A stretch of 64,000 bases of DNA from contig JALDZX010000069.1 of the NCBI GenBank assembly GCA_022813865.1, forward strand, positions 1 to 64,000. The letters are read 5' to 3'. Below the pieces are notes generated by a model, which was given only the letters and a program-made list of their open reading frames with translations, did not search any database and had not been told where the DNA came from. Numbering within the stretch: the first letter of the stretch is position 1; each line of letters starts with the position of its first letter. Shown in pieces: positions 11,662 through 26,467 of this stretch. Origin of the DNA: Xylographa opegraphella. Taxonomy: Eukaryota. The translations under genes and the position numbers were made by a program.

Positions 11662-13594
11662 ATTGAATTCCGCAACCCAACATAGGCAACCTTCGCCCGC
11701 GATGGATGACAGCCCGTTCAGGGATGTATCATCAATGACCCATTTCCCCAGCCAGCCTAGCGACCTCAAGCCACTGACCGTGCATGATACTCCCCATCCG
11801 CACTACACGATGATCGTTTGGTCAACTGCAGATTCGCAGCTGATTTGGTATTCGCTCCGCATGTGGCCCGACCCAATCCATGCATGGCCTGCCTCGAACA
11901 CAGACCAGTCAGACAACCATCGGAAACGTCCTCCAGGCAATCTTTTTCTGCCGCATCCACTCATTGCCGTCAGCTGCACGTGTGCATAGCTCCGATGGCG
12001 CAGCGGGCGAGGATGGTCGCGCGGAAACTCCTCGTACTTCCGGTGCATGCACTGGTCAAGAGCTGCCACGAATGAGATGAACGACAATGGCGGCATCTCC
12101 TACTACGGGTGCTACGAGGCGAAGCTTCGACGTACACAGGAACATGGTACTGGGATCTGTGTCCGCTATATTTGTGGCAGGGAGAACTGAATTCGTTCAA
12201 CTCGCTTACGGGCCTGTGACGTATGGCATCCAACGCCTTGGAATCACTCCAGTGCGATAAGGCAATTGTTTCGAAACTCCTTGGCGATGCTGTACTATTA
12301 CCGTTGTACATATCCGCGCGCTCTCCTCTTTGTTCATAATACCAGAAAGACTCAGTATTCTATGGACGATCTGTTGTCGATCCTACGGATGCGCACCATA
12401 GCTGTTCCAGGAAACTCCATGGCTGGACACATGAGATTGAATTAGACCGAAGTCGTCGAGCAAGAATGAAGATCTAGACCAGAGCCGATACATACTCAGT
12501 CAGAGCCTGGCAACCCGCCTCACAACGGCCGAGGCATGTAGGGGTTCGGCGCTGTCCTGGTCAGCAGTTCTAGTATTTTGCCTAACATGAAGAGGCTTCC
12601 TGAACCGTGACTCGCGCATCTATAGTGTTTCATATGCCTCGGGTCATTCTTCGCGAAAGCTTGTCTTCAATCCCCAGATCAGAGTACAGCCCAGCCAGGT
12701 CCTCAGACAGATCTCCATGCCACGGCCGTTTTGGTCTGCAAGCCTAGAAACAGTTCGGGGCTTTCGTGGCCTGGGAATGGCGCGCGTAGAGAAGCTCGAG
12801 TCTCCGTGCCCTTGGACACTTTCCAGAAGGAGCCTAGCGTCTGAAACACGTGGCAATCCAGATTGCGTGCGTCGGAAAAGGCCCTGCAGAGTCAGTCAGA
12901 GAGCCCCTTCACGATTGCTGAGGAAAGTCCACTCAATCAGCACGCTTTGGCGAATGATTGAGGTTGCCTTCATCAGGCACCGTTTGCCGAGTCGATGAGA
13001 TCATATGTGGGTGTGAGACAACCTCCTCCGACAACTCGCTGGACATCTGCAGGTGATGCTACAGGCCATGTCTCGCAGGTGCGATTACTCTCTCTACCTC
13101 TGCCTGACTCGTTCATTCGCTAAATGTCCACGGTCCTCCATTGTCGATCATGTTGTCCAATGACCTGTGCCCTCCGCCCGATAATCTTCCTGTAGGGGAT
13201 GCTCTGGGGTTCGACATGCCGCGCCGTCCAACCCGCGCGACATTACCAATAGCGTCTGTTGCTAAGAAACACAAACCCCAGTTTGAAATGAAATGAGGCT
13301 GCACTGCGAATGAGCATGGCTGGCTACTTGCTCGCCAAGGCACCTTTTCATGCGAGAAAACACGAGCCGTCGGGTTGGCAAGAACTCGGACTGCTTGGAC
13401 TTGATCGGCAAACAATGCACGTAGTCACAAGTGCCAGTGGCGAGCATACGCAATCACCAAGTATCATTTGCGTCCTAGCTGTGAGTAAGAGTGAGGAGTA
13501 TCGCAGCTACACACGCATCCCTGTTCCAACCCCCATTCTCGCCTAGAGAGCCACGCCCTTACTTGCGGGATCCGTCCATTCCATTATTCGGAGC

Positions 13595-15173
13595 CTAACC
13601 TCTCCATCCCACACCATGATCCTCCTCTCCCTGCCGCCTCGTCCACATTGACGCTTCGCTCACGCCGGCCCCCCGTACACCCGCGTCCCCCCTTTCACCT
13701 TCCTCGCCCTCCACCCGCTCCCACTCCGCGCTCCCGCTCAAGTTCTCTGCCCACCCCGGGTCGCCCAGCCGCCTCGGCCCCTTGCGCCTCAGCATCCACC
13801 CCACCACCCCGCTCGGCACAAATTTGCCCACGAGATCGTACGCCCAACCGCCCCGGCCCACGAATACCGTCCCCGTCCTCGCCCCCACCACAACGTCGAA
13901 CACGCTGTTGTGCAACTCCCGGAGTTCGATCGCGTGCGCCCTCGCCTCGCGTGCGCGCTCCTTCTCGATCGACGCTTGCTCCGCGGGCGACGGGGTCCGG
14001 GAGCCAGAGCTCGGGGTGCCGTAGCGCCGGGAGTGGTGGAGGGCCAGCTGGCTGGCGCGGGAGGGCGGGGAGAGGGAGAGGGCACCGAGTTTGAGAGTCG
14101 TGATCGTGAGGCTGGTCGGGGAACTTTCGGAGCGGAGCGTGCGGAGGTAGGAGGTTAGGGCGGTGCTGGAGAGGGACTCGGGGGCGTGGTGGGGGAGATG
14201 GAGCGAGGTGGGGAGGGAGGGGGAGAGGAGGAGGACGGTAGGTGGTCGGGTTTGAGATAAGAGGAGAGGGAGGAAGGCGTGGAGGAGGCTGATGGGGTAG
14301 AGTAGGTGGGTGTTCAGGGCGTCGGACCACTGGCTGGGAGTAATCATAGTGATGGCGCCGGTCGGATGAGTGGAGGGGTATGATGGAACAATGATGAAGG
14401 CGGCAAGGTGGAGAGTATGTGTCGATGCTGTGCCATGACGCGGTGGGTGCGCGAGATTGGCGGAGAACTTCTGGAGCGTGTAGGCAGTCGACGCTGGCTG
14501 TTAAATCAAGGGGCAATTAGCAGCGTTCTTTGACAGTGATCTGGATGCTTACAGAGGTGATGTCGATGCTCAAGGGATGGATGTCAGCCCGCAGCTCGGC
14601 CTGGACCGTCTGCTCCTCCGCAAGAGTGCTGACAGGTATGTACACGACGAAACCCCGGCGCTCCAGATCCAAAGCGATCGATCGAGTAAGCGGTGAGTGG
14701 GCCGAGCCCGCCAGCACGACCACTTCCGTGCGAGCCCCATTGGCAGCCCTCCTCGCGCGGCGCTTCTGCCGATATGCTCTCCGACGCCGCCATATGACGA
14801 ACGATCCGGTGCCCACAAAGGCGACTATGAAAGCGGTCATGGCTCGGTTCCGCGATACCCAGTCCTGCGCTTGCTCAAGGTAGCTGCGCGGCACTATGGG
14901 AAGCGGTCGCGGGACTGGAGCCGGTGGCGGCTTGATGGAGTCGGGGATCCATGGCGTGGTCTGGAGGGTCTGGCGTATCGAGGCGGCTACGGTGTCGAAA
15001 TGCCGTTCTACGGACTCGGCCAGGTCGCGCGAGTAGTCTGCGACTTCTTGGCTGTACTTCTTCACGTCGCTGGGGATGGAGGAGAACTGGACTCGTAGTT
15101 AGGCTGAGAGGCAGGAGTTGGAGATGAGGGTACTTGCTACGAAATCCACGAAGTCTTGGTCGTCTTGCGGCAT
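13595..15173 (-). CDS. DUF1776 family protein (SDR-like fold, N-terminal TM)
   Basis: MPQDDQDF start; RRARRAANGARTEVVVLAGSAHSPLTRSIALDLERRGFVVY; intron 14552-14498; first intron boundaries uncertain. Confidence 0.8.
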
Positions 15174-16173
15174 TGTGGAGCTTTGGAGTTGGTGATGCTC
15201 ATGGGGTGTGTCTCTGAGGTGCGTCCGAATCCATGAACACTCGAAGTTGATGCGGGGAGTCCACGTGATCAAGGGTGTCGATTTTCAAAATTAGCAACAT
15301 TATCCTCTTCGTCAGTACCGCAGTACTACGGTATCAAAAGCTTCGCCCATGAGGCAGAGTGCTAGGTTCAACAGATCCTGGTCACAGACGTACAGTATCC
15401 CAAATTTCTCTGATATCTTGGAAATACGGGGTAAGAGTCAGCCCGTTTGAAGGAGGGTTGACTGGTGGGTATCTAAAAGCATTGTCTAAATGCTCAACCT
15501 AGCATGAGAAACGTTCATGGATACCGTCTATTCAACTGTTAAGAAAGACGTCTAAAAACCTTCTGGGTTGCAAAAGACCGTACCTCATCGGGTTGCAATC
15601 TATCTATCTACGCTTTGCACAATCTACATTCGATCGCGCCTGAAAGATCTCACGTTGCGCTGGCAAAGTCTTATCGTTCCGCATTCCAGAGTGCTATGAT
15701 ACCGTGTTGAAATCCAGTTTTTCAGATTGAAAAAGTAAAATCCAGAAACTGTTACAAATACCGCCTAAGTCTGAATGTCACATTTCCTTAAAATCTTATC
15801 TATTTTCTATGCCGAACAAATCTCTGGGTTCACGATCTATCTTCCTGGATCATTTTTGTTCAGTCTAAGGTAAGCTCGAGACTGAAGAGGTGTGGAGCGC
15901 ATAGCCTGGCATTGTTCGTGAAACGCTCTGGCGCAGAATCGGCTCTGTTTGCTTGACTCTAGTCTGAACTACACATATTCGATTGGTTCCAGATCGTTCA
16001 TCAAATGCTTGCAGTCTACGGATGCTGCTAGAATAAACCAACCGTGGCAGGTGGGATGATCTCAAAGCCTAAAATGTGGCCGTATGGTCGAAAGCTTTGC
16101 CCCTCGACCTCCTCTCCGAAAGAAGAGTGGCTCCGAATCAAATATTGCTGATCTATCAGTCCCCTTTCCTGAG

Positions 16174-17004
16174 ATGTGGTATTCTTGGACTGCCACATTT
16201 GTCTTGGTTTACACTCTAAGTATTATTCCATTCATCTTCGCTCCACAGACTCTCGAGGAGGACCCTAATTCATTTGAGTCTGAGATTTTCTGCCCAGAAG
16301 TACTGCCGGCGGGCAGGTACGGCAGAGCAGGAGACGATCGCGCCATTCGCCACAGAATCGAGCTTCTCGGCCGCTCGTGGTACGGCTGGTCTTCTCTCAA
16401 CTTCACCAATCTCTTCAACCTTTGCGCCGCCAACGGCAAACGGGCGGCCAATCTAGGAGGAGAGGTAAGACTGCCGGATATCTCTGGTCTCGCGCTTCCT
16501 GGTTCACGATCTGACGCTTTTATCCTTTCGGAGTAGTGCATCGTCTCCTCACAATCGACCCCGGGAAACCTTCACTACGAAGCTTCCTTCAACACCACAC
16601 TGGCGCGGTCCCAAGGGTTGTGGGACTTAAGAATCGAATCTTACTGCGAGGTCCACTGTATATGCCCAAACGACGACGACGAATGGCTGGCGCTGTCTCT
16701 CCGCGAGACTATTATCAATAGGCGCATCCCGCCGCTTTCGGAGTGGGCCTATTTGCCGGAGACCGAGGATGAAGGACAGGACGGATGGGGCGAAGGCGAA
16801 GAGAGATGGGGCGAAATTGGAGATGGATGGTTGTATCGTGGTATAAATAGTCTATGTGCGGAGACCCATGGCACAGATCGTCCGAGGATAGCTCCAAGGC
16901 CGAGATGGTGTCCGCCACGGCGGGTAGGTAGGGGTCATCAAGTTATCCCAGTCGCCAATCTATTACGACCGCCGACTCGGCCAATGAGGGGGATGCTTCC
17001 TTAA
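16174..17004 (+). CDS. Putative small secreted Cys-patterned protein
   Basis: Hydrophobic N-terminus (MWYSWTATFVLVYTLSIIPFIFA); intron 16465-16536 (GTAAGA..CTGAC..TAG) joins LCAANG..NLGGE|C to YCEVHCICP in frame; 3' end uncertain. Confidence 0.6.
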
Positions 17005-20000
17005 GCATTAAAATTTGGTCCGAGGTCATGGTCGAGGGGGTTGTCAAAAAGCTACGGGGCTAATGTGAGAGATAAAGCATCCTTTGTATACCGGAACTCT
17101 TTCACGACTACGGGAGACATGTGTATGAAACGTTAACGTCGATGGGCTCCTACGGTAAGGTACGTATATGCTCATTATTGCCTTGTCGGCAACCGGGTTA
17201 GAATCCAGAAAGTCGTTCCTTAAGTTCAAGAACCATCTCTCAGCCGATTTCTGAGCAGTTTTGGCACCATATCTCCTCTTTCTGCGGAGACATACATACA
17301 ATTTTAGCTGCGCTTCTGTATCTTGTCTTGGAAGTATGATGTCAAAGTGGTTTACCTACTACTATCTCAAGCAGCCAAGCCCCCCTGAGACTACCTAGTC
17401 TAGTGTAGTCAATCAGGTAGGTGAGCCGTGAGATTGGCTATAATTGCCTGCACGGCAATGGGCATTACCCAATGGTGGCCGCTATCCTATGACATCGATC
17501 CCGCTGCTGCATCTTCCTACACACAATCTGCGGTCTGGTCGACTGTCTGACGACGTTTCATGTATGCTAGATGTACAATTGCTCTCGAGGGGCAGGATAG
17601 GACCAAGGGAGAACCAACGATCAATGATATTCTGCTATATTATGTCCTCTGCCATCGCCATCTGGCAGCAAATGTGATCAACGACTGGCCCTTTAGAACC
17701 GTGTGTGGGTACAGCGGGCATCATACCAGCTCCTCTTTGCTTTGGCATGCTGGCCCAGGTCGATGTTGCTCTCTTGCTTTTATCCTGCCATATGAGCCAC
17801 AGCAGTGAGATTGAGCCTTGCACTAGCTTGAGTCGTGCATCCCTTGTGCCTTTCGTTACTAGGTAGGCTCCTTTAATGTTAATAATCGAGCTGGCATCGT
17901 TTCGTTACAAGTCATTCCATGTTGGCGTGCGCTCGCTGTGCTCTGTGCTTAATGCTTGTGGCTCATTGCACGTTCCACAGATTCGTGCAGAGAGTGTCGT
18001 CTTCCGCTAAGTTTATACCCAAAATATATGTGGTCCGGCTACCTATGTAATGACCATCGTTGCGCTCCGCAATATTCTTGAGGCTAGTGTGAGCTGCTAT
18101 ACTCGAGCTCTGGAATGGCTAGCTGAGAGACGTGCAGGTACAACATTATCCACCATGGATCCCGCTGCTCTTGGTCAACCCTTCGTACTTACCATTGCTT
18201 GTTTCTTCGCCCGTTTGGAGACCGCAATGTTAATAGCAGTGGTCTGCTAAGGTCTCGTTCAGTCCTTATGGGGTTCTTGTTTTCTTACTCCACCAATATG
18301 CAATTAACAACTACCGCCATGGCTTTGTCCGCTCCAGGTGGCGAGCCAACAGGATTTCTTTAATATAAGTTGTTGAGACATCGATAGGGTCGTTCCTGAT
18401 GGCTTTATCATTCGGAAATGTGAGCAGCGCAGCTCCAAGTCTACCAACACTTCACTGTCAATGTGTGATATAAGCTGTATAGTATCTGCGGGAGAGTACC
18501 GCTTTATTGGCTGGCAACTGCAGTTATCATAATCTTCAAGACGGTCTTCATTAAGAATGGCACCCCAATTACTTCAGCCCAAATGCTCTCCGGCAATGTA
18601 CCTACAGCGTCTTAGGACTCTCTTTACGTTCCTTCATGACAGATGCATCTGTAACAGGCAACGGTATTGAACTGTGGGTCGAGCCATGATTCTCTAAGCT
18701 TGTACACCCACGAAAGGGCTGATCAGCATTTGCCTTACCGCATATGCCGGTATTCAAGATTTTCAAGTAGTTACAGAATGTTTGATTTCATAATGCATCG
18801 CTCTAGAGGACTGCAATCCGGAAGCAGCGAACAGATTCGAATCAAGAACCGGAATCCCTTATGCAGGAATCACTGGGACTGATTACTATTACATCAACGC
18901 TAGGCCAGATTTTGGCGGATCTTTCAACCAAGACGAGTTGCAGCTGATTCTATCGTTGCTCGGTCATCCAAGGGGTCATCCAGTAATCCTCGAAGGGCTG
19001 CCATATACCCCCTTGCCTCGTCGCACAGCTGACCGAGATTTACACTATTACCTCTTCACGCGTAGGAATAACACCTTCCTCTATCGCATACCCCACAGTA
19101 GATGCTCCTTCAACGAGTCCCGTTCTTACGGCTTAGTAGCACTTGACTACCGGTACATCCAGAAGCTGATACTGTCATTCAACCGCCGCTTGTTTCAGGT
19201 TCGCCGCCGGCGCCAGATGAAATCACTGCTGGTGCTGCTGGGCAGGATTTGGTTAGTCGCTACGAGCGACCCGACAATGACTGTTGCTGGCATATGAGCA
19301 GGCACCGTGCAGCATTGTGGGATTGGGAGGAATTATCTTCAGTGGGTTGATGGAATTTCCAATACCCTCGACCACAGCCAACACTATCGTAGACACGAAT
19401 GGCGCAAGAGCAAGGCGGGAGTTGCATTGGGGGAGCTATGCCTTGCTAGGCACGTTGATCGCGCTTGGTGGGATCTCACTGTAACAATAAGAGTTTTGGG
19501 GAATTGCAAGAACAGTCCACATGAAAGGAAGTGCTGTATGATACTTATTGCTTGAATAAATGGAACTTCGTTCTCGCATATGTAAACAGAAGTACGAGTG
19601 TACAGACCATACTTTCTCTCATGTGCCAATCCACCACCCCTTATCTCCGTCTCGTTCAATTTGTATTCGTGAAGACTCTTCGTCTTCTTCTTAGCAGTCC
19701 TCTTACTCAACGACCATCAGACTAATCCCTGCATGCTTCTCACCCAATCCAGTTTTTCCGCTCTTCTGCCATGCTCTCCAACGTCGTGTCCTTTTCCTTT
19801 AGCATCTCATCCCTTTCGGGTATATGCACCTTACTCGTCAGATCGCTGAGGCTTCGAGTGGATGGTACATCTGGGTTGAAGCATACACTGCCTCCGATCA
19901 GGTCTACCACTAGAACCTTTGAGACAACGAATTGCACAATTCATTGAAATCTGTGCCTGGCTCGTCGTCAACCTTGACGAGCCGCTGTTTTCTCACGAGT

Positions 20001-20934
20001 TCCGAGGATCATATGTGGTCGACTCATAGCCCGATTGGGATAGTATCTTTGACTTTGATCAAATGACGAGCGATTTGACAGGGAACATATACGCGGATAT
20101 TGGAAGCCGCGGTCGAAATACGTACATACGCGTATTAGGGTGTTGCTGATGGATTTGCGTTAGTCGGCATATCCAGCTTCAGTCGTCGTCAGCTCATACG
20201 TTAGTCATTGCATATCGACACGAGCGGAGCTCCAGCCGGTCACACGACGATGAAGATCCCCTCAGTCCCGAGAGAGCCCCGGGCTCGCCGGGAAAGCCAC
20301 AGCAGATCGTTTCGCCAAACATTTCGTAAGGATTGCGGGATGAAAATTTGCGTTGGGCGTTTATGCTCAGTAGCACTTCGATCAAATGATATTTAATTCA
20401 GATTGTCCACTATCCTTGATGTGAAGACTGAAGCCTAAAATGGAGAGCTGCTAAACCACCCGTCTATTCTGGACCCTGGTGTACGGAGTAAGCCTGCAAA
20501 CAAACGCGGTTGAAGGGGCCGATGACGCGCACTTTTAATTCTCCCTAAGGTAATAATTAATGCAGCTAAACTCGATTGATTTTGCTCCTTGAGGAATCAG
20601 GAATATCAATCTAATAAAGCGGCTGGCTTCAAGCCGTGCAAGTAATTACGTGCACTTTCTCGAGCTGTCTGTCGTTACCACAGCTCATCTTCACTGTACA
20701 CACACTTTCGTTCAGCTGGAGGATCATTGTATTGTACCGGGCAGTTACTACTGCTTACATCTTAGGACCAATTGTTTTTGAATCATCGACTGCAAACCCT
20801 TTTGACATTGCTCCGACCGGCTTCCGGATCGTCCGGCTACAATTTGTACAAAGGTTCACTAATATAATAGACCACTTGTGTTCCACGATTCATTTTTCCG
20901 AAGATAAAGTACAGAGCTCCAAGGCTGAGCAAAG

Positions 20935-23900
20935 ATGGGTCGCTCAAGAGGTATGCATGTGAGGCTGAATGAGCACGAGGATCGACTAATCCCTTGCATT
21001 AGTACTGTCGTTTATGTCGACCTTTGGCGGCGGTCCTCCACGCTCACCTCCATCTGCCTCACCCGCGACTTTTCCGACGCGACCAGAATCAGAGATATCA
21101 CCCGCTCCACAGTCGGCATCGGAGCAGACGCGTGATTCAGTGTTAATACAGAAGAGGAGGACGTCGGTGGAGCGGCCTGCGTCCACCAGACCCATGTCAA
21201 TGATCGGGGCGTATCAGCCGCCGTTGATGGAAATCGCGCAGGACACATTACCGGAATTGCAGCCCATTTTCACATTTCTGAACAGTCACTCCAATAAGCT
21301 ATACCAAGAAGGCTATTTTCTGAAGCTCAACGATCTGGATTCTCGTGAGCCCAGCTCTATCTGGCGTTCTTAGCTGTTGCTAATCGGCCGTACAGATGGG
21401 AGACCGTACGCAGACAGGTCATGGACGGAATGCTTTGCACAACTTGTGGGGACTGTTCTCTCACTTTGGGATGCAGCTTTATTGGATGAAGCTGGCGAAG
21501 ATGGCGAAGTAGCACCGACGTTCATAAACCTAGCAGACGCTTCGATTAAAATGGTTGACGACTTGCTGGAGCTAAGAAGTATGCCAATGCTAACTGTGAT
21601 TGCCAGATTGAAACACTACCTACCCGCTCGCAAGATGTCCAACCATTAGCTAACGTTCTGAGCATCTCCACTGCGGGCAAAAATCGATATCTGTTTCATT
21701 TTAGTAATGTGAATGCCCTCACTCAATGGACCGCGGGCATTAGGCTTGCAATGTATGAGCATACCACACTTCAAGAAGCCTATACAGGCTCTTTGATCGC
21801 TGGAAAAGGCAAAACTCTGAACAACATTAGAGTTATCATGGACAGAACAAAATTAGTGACTGAGGAATGGACCAGAGTTCGTTTTGGAGCTGGAACACCT
21901 TGGAGACGATGCTGGTGTGTCATTTCACCACCAAATGAAAAAGAGGTCCTCAAGCAACAGAAGTCGCTGAAGAAGAAATCCGCCTACGACCTGAAATCGG
22001 TTACCTTGAAAGGTGATATTAAGTTCTACGACACGAAGAAAACGAAAAAGGTAGAGCCCATTGCAACCATCAGGGACGCGTACTCTGCATATGCGATATA
22101 TCCTCAGTCCAAGCCCCTCATTGACCAATCCACTTTGGTTAAGATTGAGGGCATGATTACCATTCACTCGAAGCCAGAAGCCACCACTGAAGGCTTTATC
22201 TTCGTCATGCCTGAAACACGTCCTGCGATAACGGGATTTGAGATGATGCTTCGGTTTCTATTCCCTGTATATGATACCTTTGGGCTGTACGGCCGTCCGA
22301 CCCGATTGATCGCCGACATATTAGACACGAGGAGTCTTATGTTTGCAATGCCGCAAGAACGCCGATATGGTTATCTGGAAATACTTGATGTTGCCACGCT
22401 GATTCATACTGATGGTAGTCAGGGCTGGAATGAAAGTGAATGGAGAAAACAACTCAAGCTCTTGACATCTCAACGCATCGCTAAGATCCAAGCTAGTGGT
22501 AGTCGGACCGGCAGTAGAGTAGGAAGTCGACGCAGTCACCGCAATAGTCTTCCGGCTCGTACAGACCAGCTGAGATATGAGGATGGAGCGTCGATACGGT
22601 CCACGCCTTCTTTACATCGTGAGGTGGGCCCCTTTGCTCCTCCTCCACATACGGGTTCAGCTCCAGTAGGCAGCGGCCCATTCCAGCCACCTCAGAAATC
22701 ATTGACTCACCAGCGATCTGTGTCTGAGACGACTCCTTTCTCTACTCCTCGCCGACAGCGTACCATTCAAGAAGGATCACCAAACTACACACCTTCGCGC
22801 TTGTCATATGAACAACACGTACCGAGAGAATCATACGAACCAATTCCACCGCCGCCCCCTGTTCATGGTCTTCCAGCTGCGTACGTCCGCAACCCTCAAG
22901 TACAGAGATACACAGGTGATATTGATGGTCCCAACGAGCGAAGCAGCTCAGAAAGCGAGCGGCGATACCGTAGTCCAACAGAGCCCCATAATCATGCTCA
23001 GAATATTCAGCAGGGGCTTTCACCGAATGCACCACCGGCACCAGTGGCGACTCCTCCGGCATTTGCTCATCAACCTGGAGCAAAGCCGCAGACGCGACCT
23101 TATCATTCTCCGGAGCTACGTCGGGCTAACAGCCGCATGTCCAGCACCACATTATCTCAATTGGCTGCCGCTGGCAATGTTTCTTCGAGTGGTGGTGGTG
23201 GTGCTACTTCAGGAGGGGTAGCTATGGCAGGAGCCGCAGCAGCCTGGAAGGGTAACTCTCAGCAAAGGGATGAAAGGCGACCCGAAGATCAGACAGCAAA
23301 TGCAGCCGCTGGCAACAACTTTGGCAGCCATGCTTCAGTTGATCGCTTTCAACCTGACGGCATGGCACTTGTAGGTGTCGGTCAACATCGTCGTACTGAC
23401 CAGAGGCAGGCGAGAACTGGCCTCACAATCAACCCACAGCAGGGTGATCCCGCAGTCACACCAGAGAATCTATCACCAACATCACGCAGCTTTTTAGCGC
23501 CAACTCCAACTTCTCCTCGCAGTGTTTCACCTCTCTCGCAATCTACTAGTTACGCAGCATCACCGCCGCCTCAAGAACCAGCAGCGGCTGCTGTTGTTCA
23601 AGCTTCTCGTCATGATGCTGCCAACAATCCGACAATAGTTGATGATGACGCTACATCCTCAGCAGATATAGCTGGCCAGCCGACTTCCTCGCTTCATGAT
23701 GAACGACCCGATCTGCGCCGTCACAGCACGAGCCGGAGTATTTCACGAAAGCCTCTTCCAAGTCCCTCGAAGGTAGACGTTCCGCCCGTACCGAAACATT
23801 ATTCCACCGTAGATGATACGGTTCAAGCACCACGAGGATTTTCTAACGATGAGCGTCGTCAGAGTATGCAGAGTAGCAACTACGATGAAGAATCTACAGC

Positions 23901-25158
23901 TTCGCCTGACTATGCCAGCGCAAGACAGTCCGTTGAGACTGGACGTCAAGCTGTACCAGTGGAGAAGCCCCGAACAGGCGTTTTGAAGACTGTCGGTACA
24001 ATGGATCCTGCTGATCAAGTGGTAACGATTGGAGATGCCCGATATCGTCCGGATATTGGAGCGCAGCAATACACAATATCGGCCCTTCCTGCAGTTGATT
24101 TTGGCCCCACTCAAGCATATAGACCCGATTTGGTGCAACAAGCACATGCTACAACAGGATCCTACAATCGACCTTCGTCAAGTCCACATTACGAAACTCA
24201 AGAAAACGTTGGACGAGGTGGCCAAGGTAGATCAAGTCCAGGCGATTCATACAGCAGCCGCAACCTAGTGACTCCGGAACCCAATAATCGTCGCTCTGGT
24301 TCGGCAGACTCTGATACTGAAAATCGCCGCAATGTTGCATGGCAACCTGGAATGACGGCCGGCTCCGGAAGCCCAGGGGCTCGGCAGGCCATCACTCCCG
24401 AACAGTTTGTACAACAACGCGCAGCTGCTAACCGCGTAGTTCCTGTCTACTCCCATGGCAGGCAACAATCAGGAACCCCCCCGCTGCACTCGCATCAGTC
24501 CTCTGGCGATTTGTCAGGGCAATATGTGAATCAAGACCCACCATCTCGACCGCATTCTCGAGGAGCATCTACCGTGATGAATGCTTCACCTGACTATTCT
24601 GCTCGACTTTCTGCTCGAGAGCAGGAACATGTCGCCAGAGTTACTGGGTCACCGTTAATCAATGTGGCTGGGAACAACCCTAGAAGTGGGCCTTCAAGCG
24701 GTGGTCTAGTTGGTGCCATTGAGGCTCGCGAGCAGGAGAAGAAGGCCATGAAGCAAGGTGTGAGTGGACAAATGGTTCAACAAGCAATCGCGCAGCGTCA
24801 GCAACACGCCCAAGCTCAAGGCTATGCGAACCAAGGTCCACAATATGCAAACCAAAGTTCCCAATACCCGCAGCCCAGCCCACAGATGCATGTCCCTGGC
24901 GGATATCCGCAGACGCCCCAAATGCCGTACGGAGGATTCTCCAGTCCACAACAGCAGCAACAATACCTCATGAACCAGCAATACGGACAACAACAGCAGT
25001 ATGACTCTGGCGCATCTGTGTATTGGAACACTGCACCGTCTCCCTACCTCCATTACCCACCGACTCCAGCAGGTGGACAGCGCTCACGACAGAGCCCAGG
25101 TCCACTGTCTCCCCAATACAATCCATACTTTAACAACAACTCGCAAGGCGGGCCGTAA
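20935..25158 (+). CDS. SKG3/CAF120-like PH-domain protein
   Basis: Spliced MGRSRVLSFM start; KLYQEGYFLKLNDLD, WTECFAQLVGTVLSLWDAA, RVRFGAGTPWRRCW, YAIYPQSKPLIDQSTLVKIEG; long disordered C-terminus; three short introns in the 5' part. Confidence 0.88.
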
Positions 25159-26467
25159 TACTCTGCAGGACATTTCAGCCCGAATCTTCTTTGTCAATAT
25201 TCTCCTTTGTCTTGTCTATTATGAGTTAATGCTGTTCTGTAACCTGTTACAGACGCTCCATATTATAGAGTGCTGCTATTCAAAGATTTTGGGAGCACAG
25301 AACACGGAGCCTGAGTGCATATGAAGAGGGAGATAGCGATGCATCGATTGCGCTGTAGATAGATCCAGACTTGTGTTGCTGGCTGAGAGGATAGAGTTAC
25401 TGTTTGTAGACTGTATGCCTTGCATCATACGACTGAGAGAATGAAGGCAAGTAATAGCACCAACCGTTTGAAGTCGAGCAGTTTGTTTCTGTGCATCCAT
25501 ATCCACTAGTAAGTACGGATAAATCATCCGCCCTTCCGGACCACTAGCGCTGGATTCTTGAGCACATCGCATCATTTTCTTCGGATGATACTCTCTTCCT
25601 TTCTACGGAGTCGAGGGAGCATAGTCACCATTGGAACCTGTAAGTAGCCCTCCTTTCCTCTGTTTCCTTCCTGCGATCTCTTTTCCTGATGAAAACCACA
25701 ACCCTCAATTCTTTAGGAAGAGCCGGAAAAGGTATGGCCGCGTCGCCAAACGTGGCCGTCGATGCTTAGAAATGGGTCTCTGAAAATTTTCGCTTCCGTT
25801 TATGAACTTGTTTCTGCGTGCATTTCGCCCTGCGTCTTGGATTACGGCTGACGCGGAATGATAGGGGGAGGGTGGCGAAGTTGGTGAGGGTTATGGCAGA
25901 GGGTACGACCGTCCATTGCTGCTTTACTTGAGCTCGTGTCTTCTCGGTACAAAGGGTTATGTTGTCGCTAGCAGTAGAATCGGTGGGTATCATCTCCAGG
26001 AGACTCTTCACAGTATATCGTTTCTTTCACCAGCTTCTCATGCAGCGGCTCGACGGTATCCTTCAGGAACGTATGCAGTGTATCAATTGTGTATTGTGTA
26101 ACAAAATTCCTTTGTCGACCCCTTCGAGATCAAGTCTCGGCCTTGAGAACACCATACAAAGACGTCACAACACGATTGTCTATCCAATGCTGGAACAAAG
26201 AATCGCTCACCACGCCTTTTCGCACCTCAACAAAGACCTATTTCGAAAAGCACCCCGAACAAACGTTTCCTTGAACCAAAATCCATCATGCCACGGACAA
26301 AGGACCCTCTTCCCAGCAATAAAAAGCCCACCATTACCCCAGCCCCCCCTGCTCCAACTCCCTCTCTGTCCATCTCCCTCTCTATCTACAGACAGCCGGC
26401 CTGTCATCACCCACACAAACCAAATCCCACAACGACCACCATAATACCACCAAATCCACCACCAACC

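Noticed and set aside
11700..13550. Short ORFs between YTH1 and DUF1776
   Set aside because: No recognisable motif or consistent exon chain.
13648..14516. Long Pro/Arg-rich alternative-frame and antisense ORFs (also at 6-7.8 kb and 52.6-55.2 kb)
   Set aside because: Shadow ORFs of GC-rich coding sequence.
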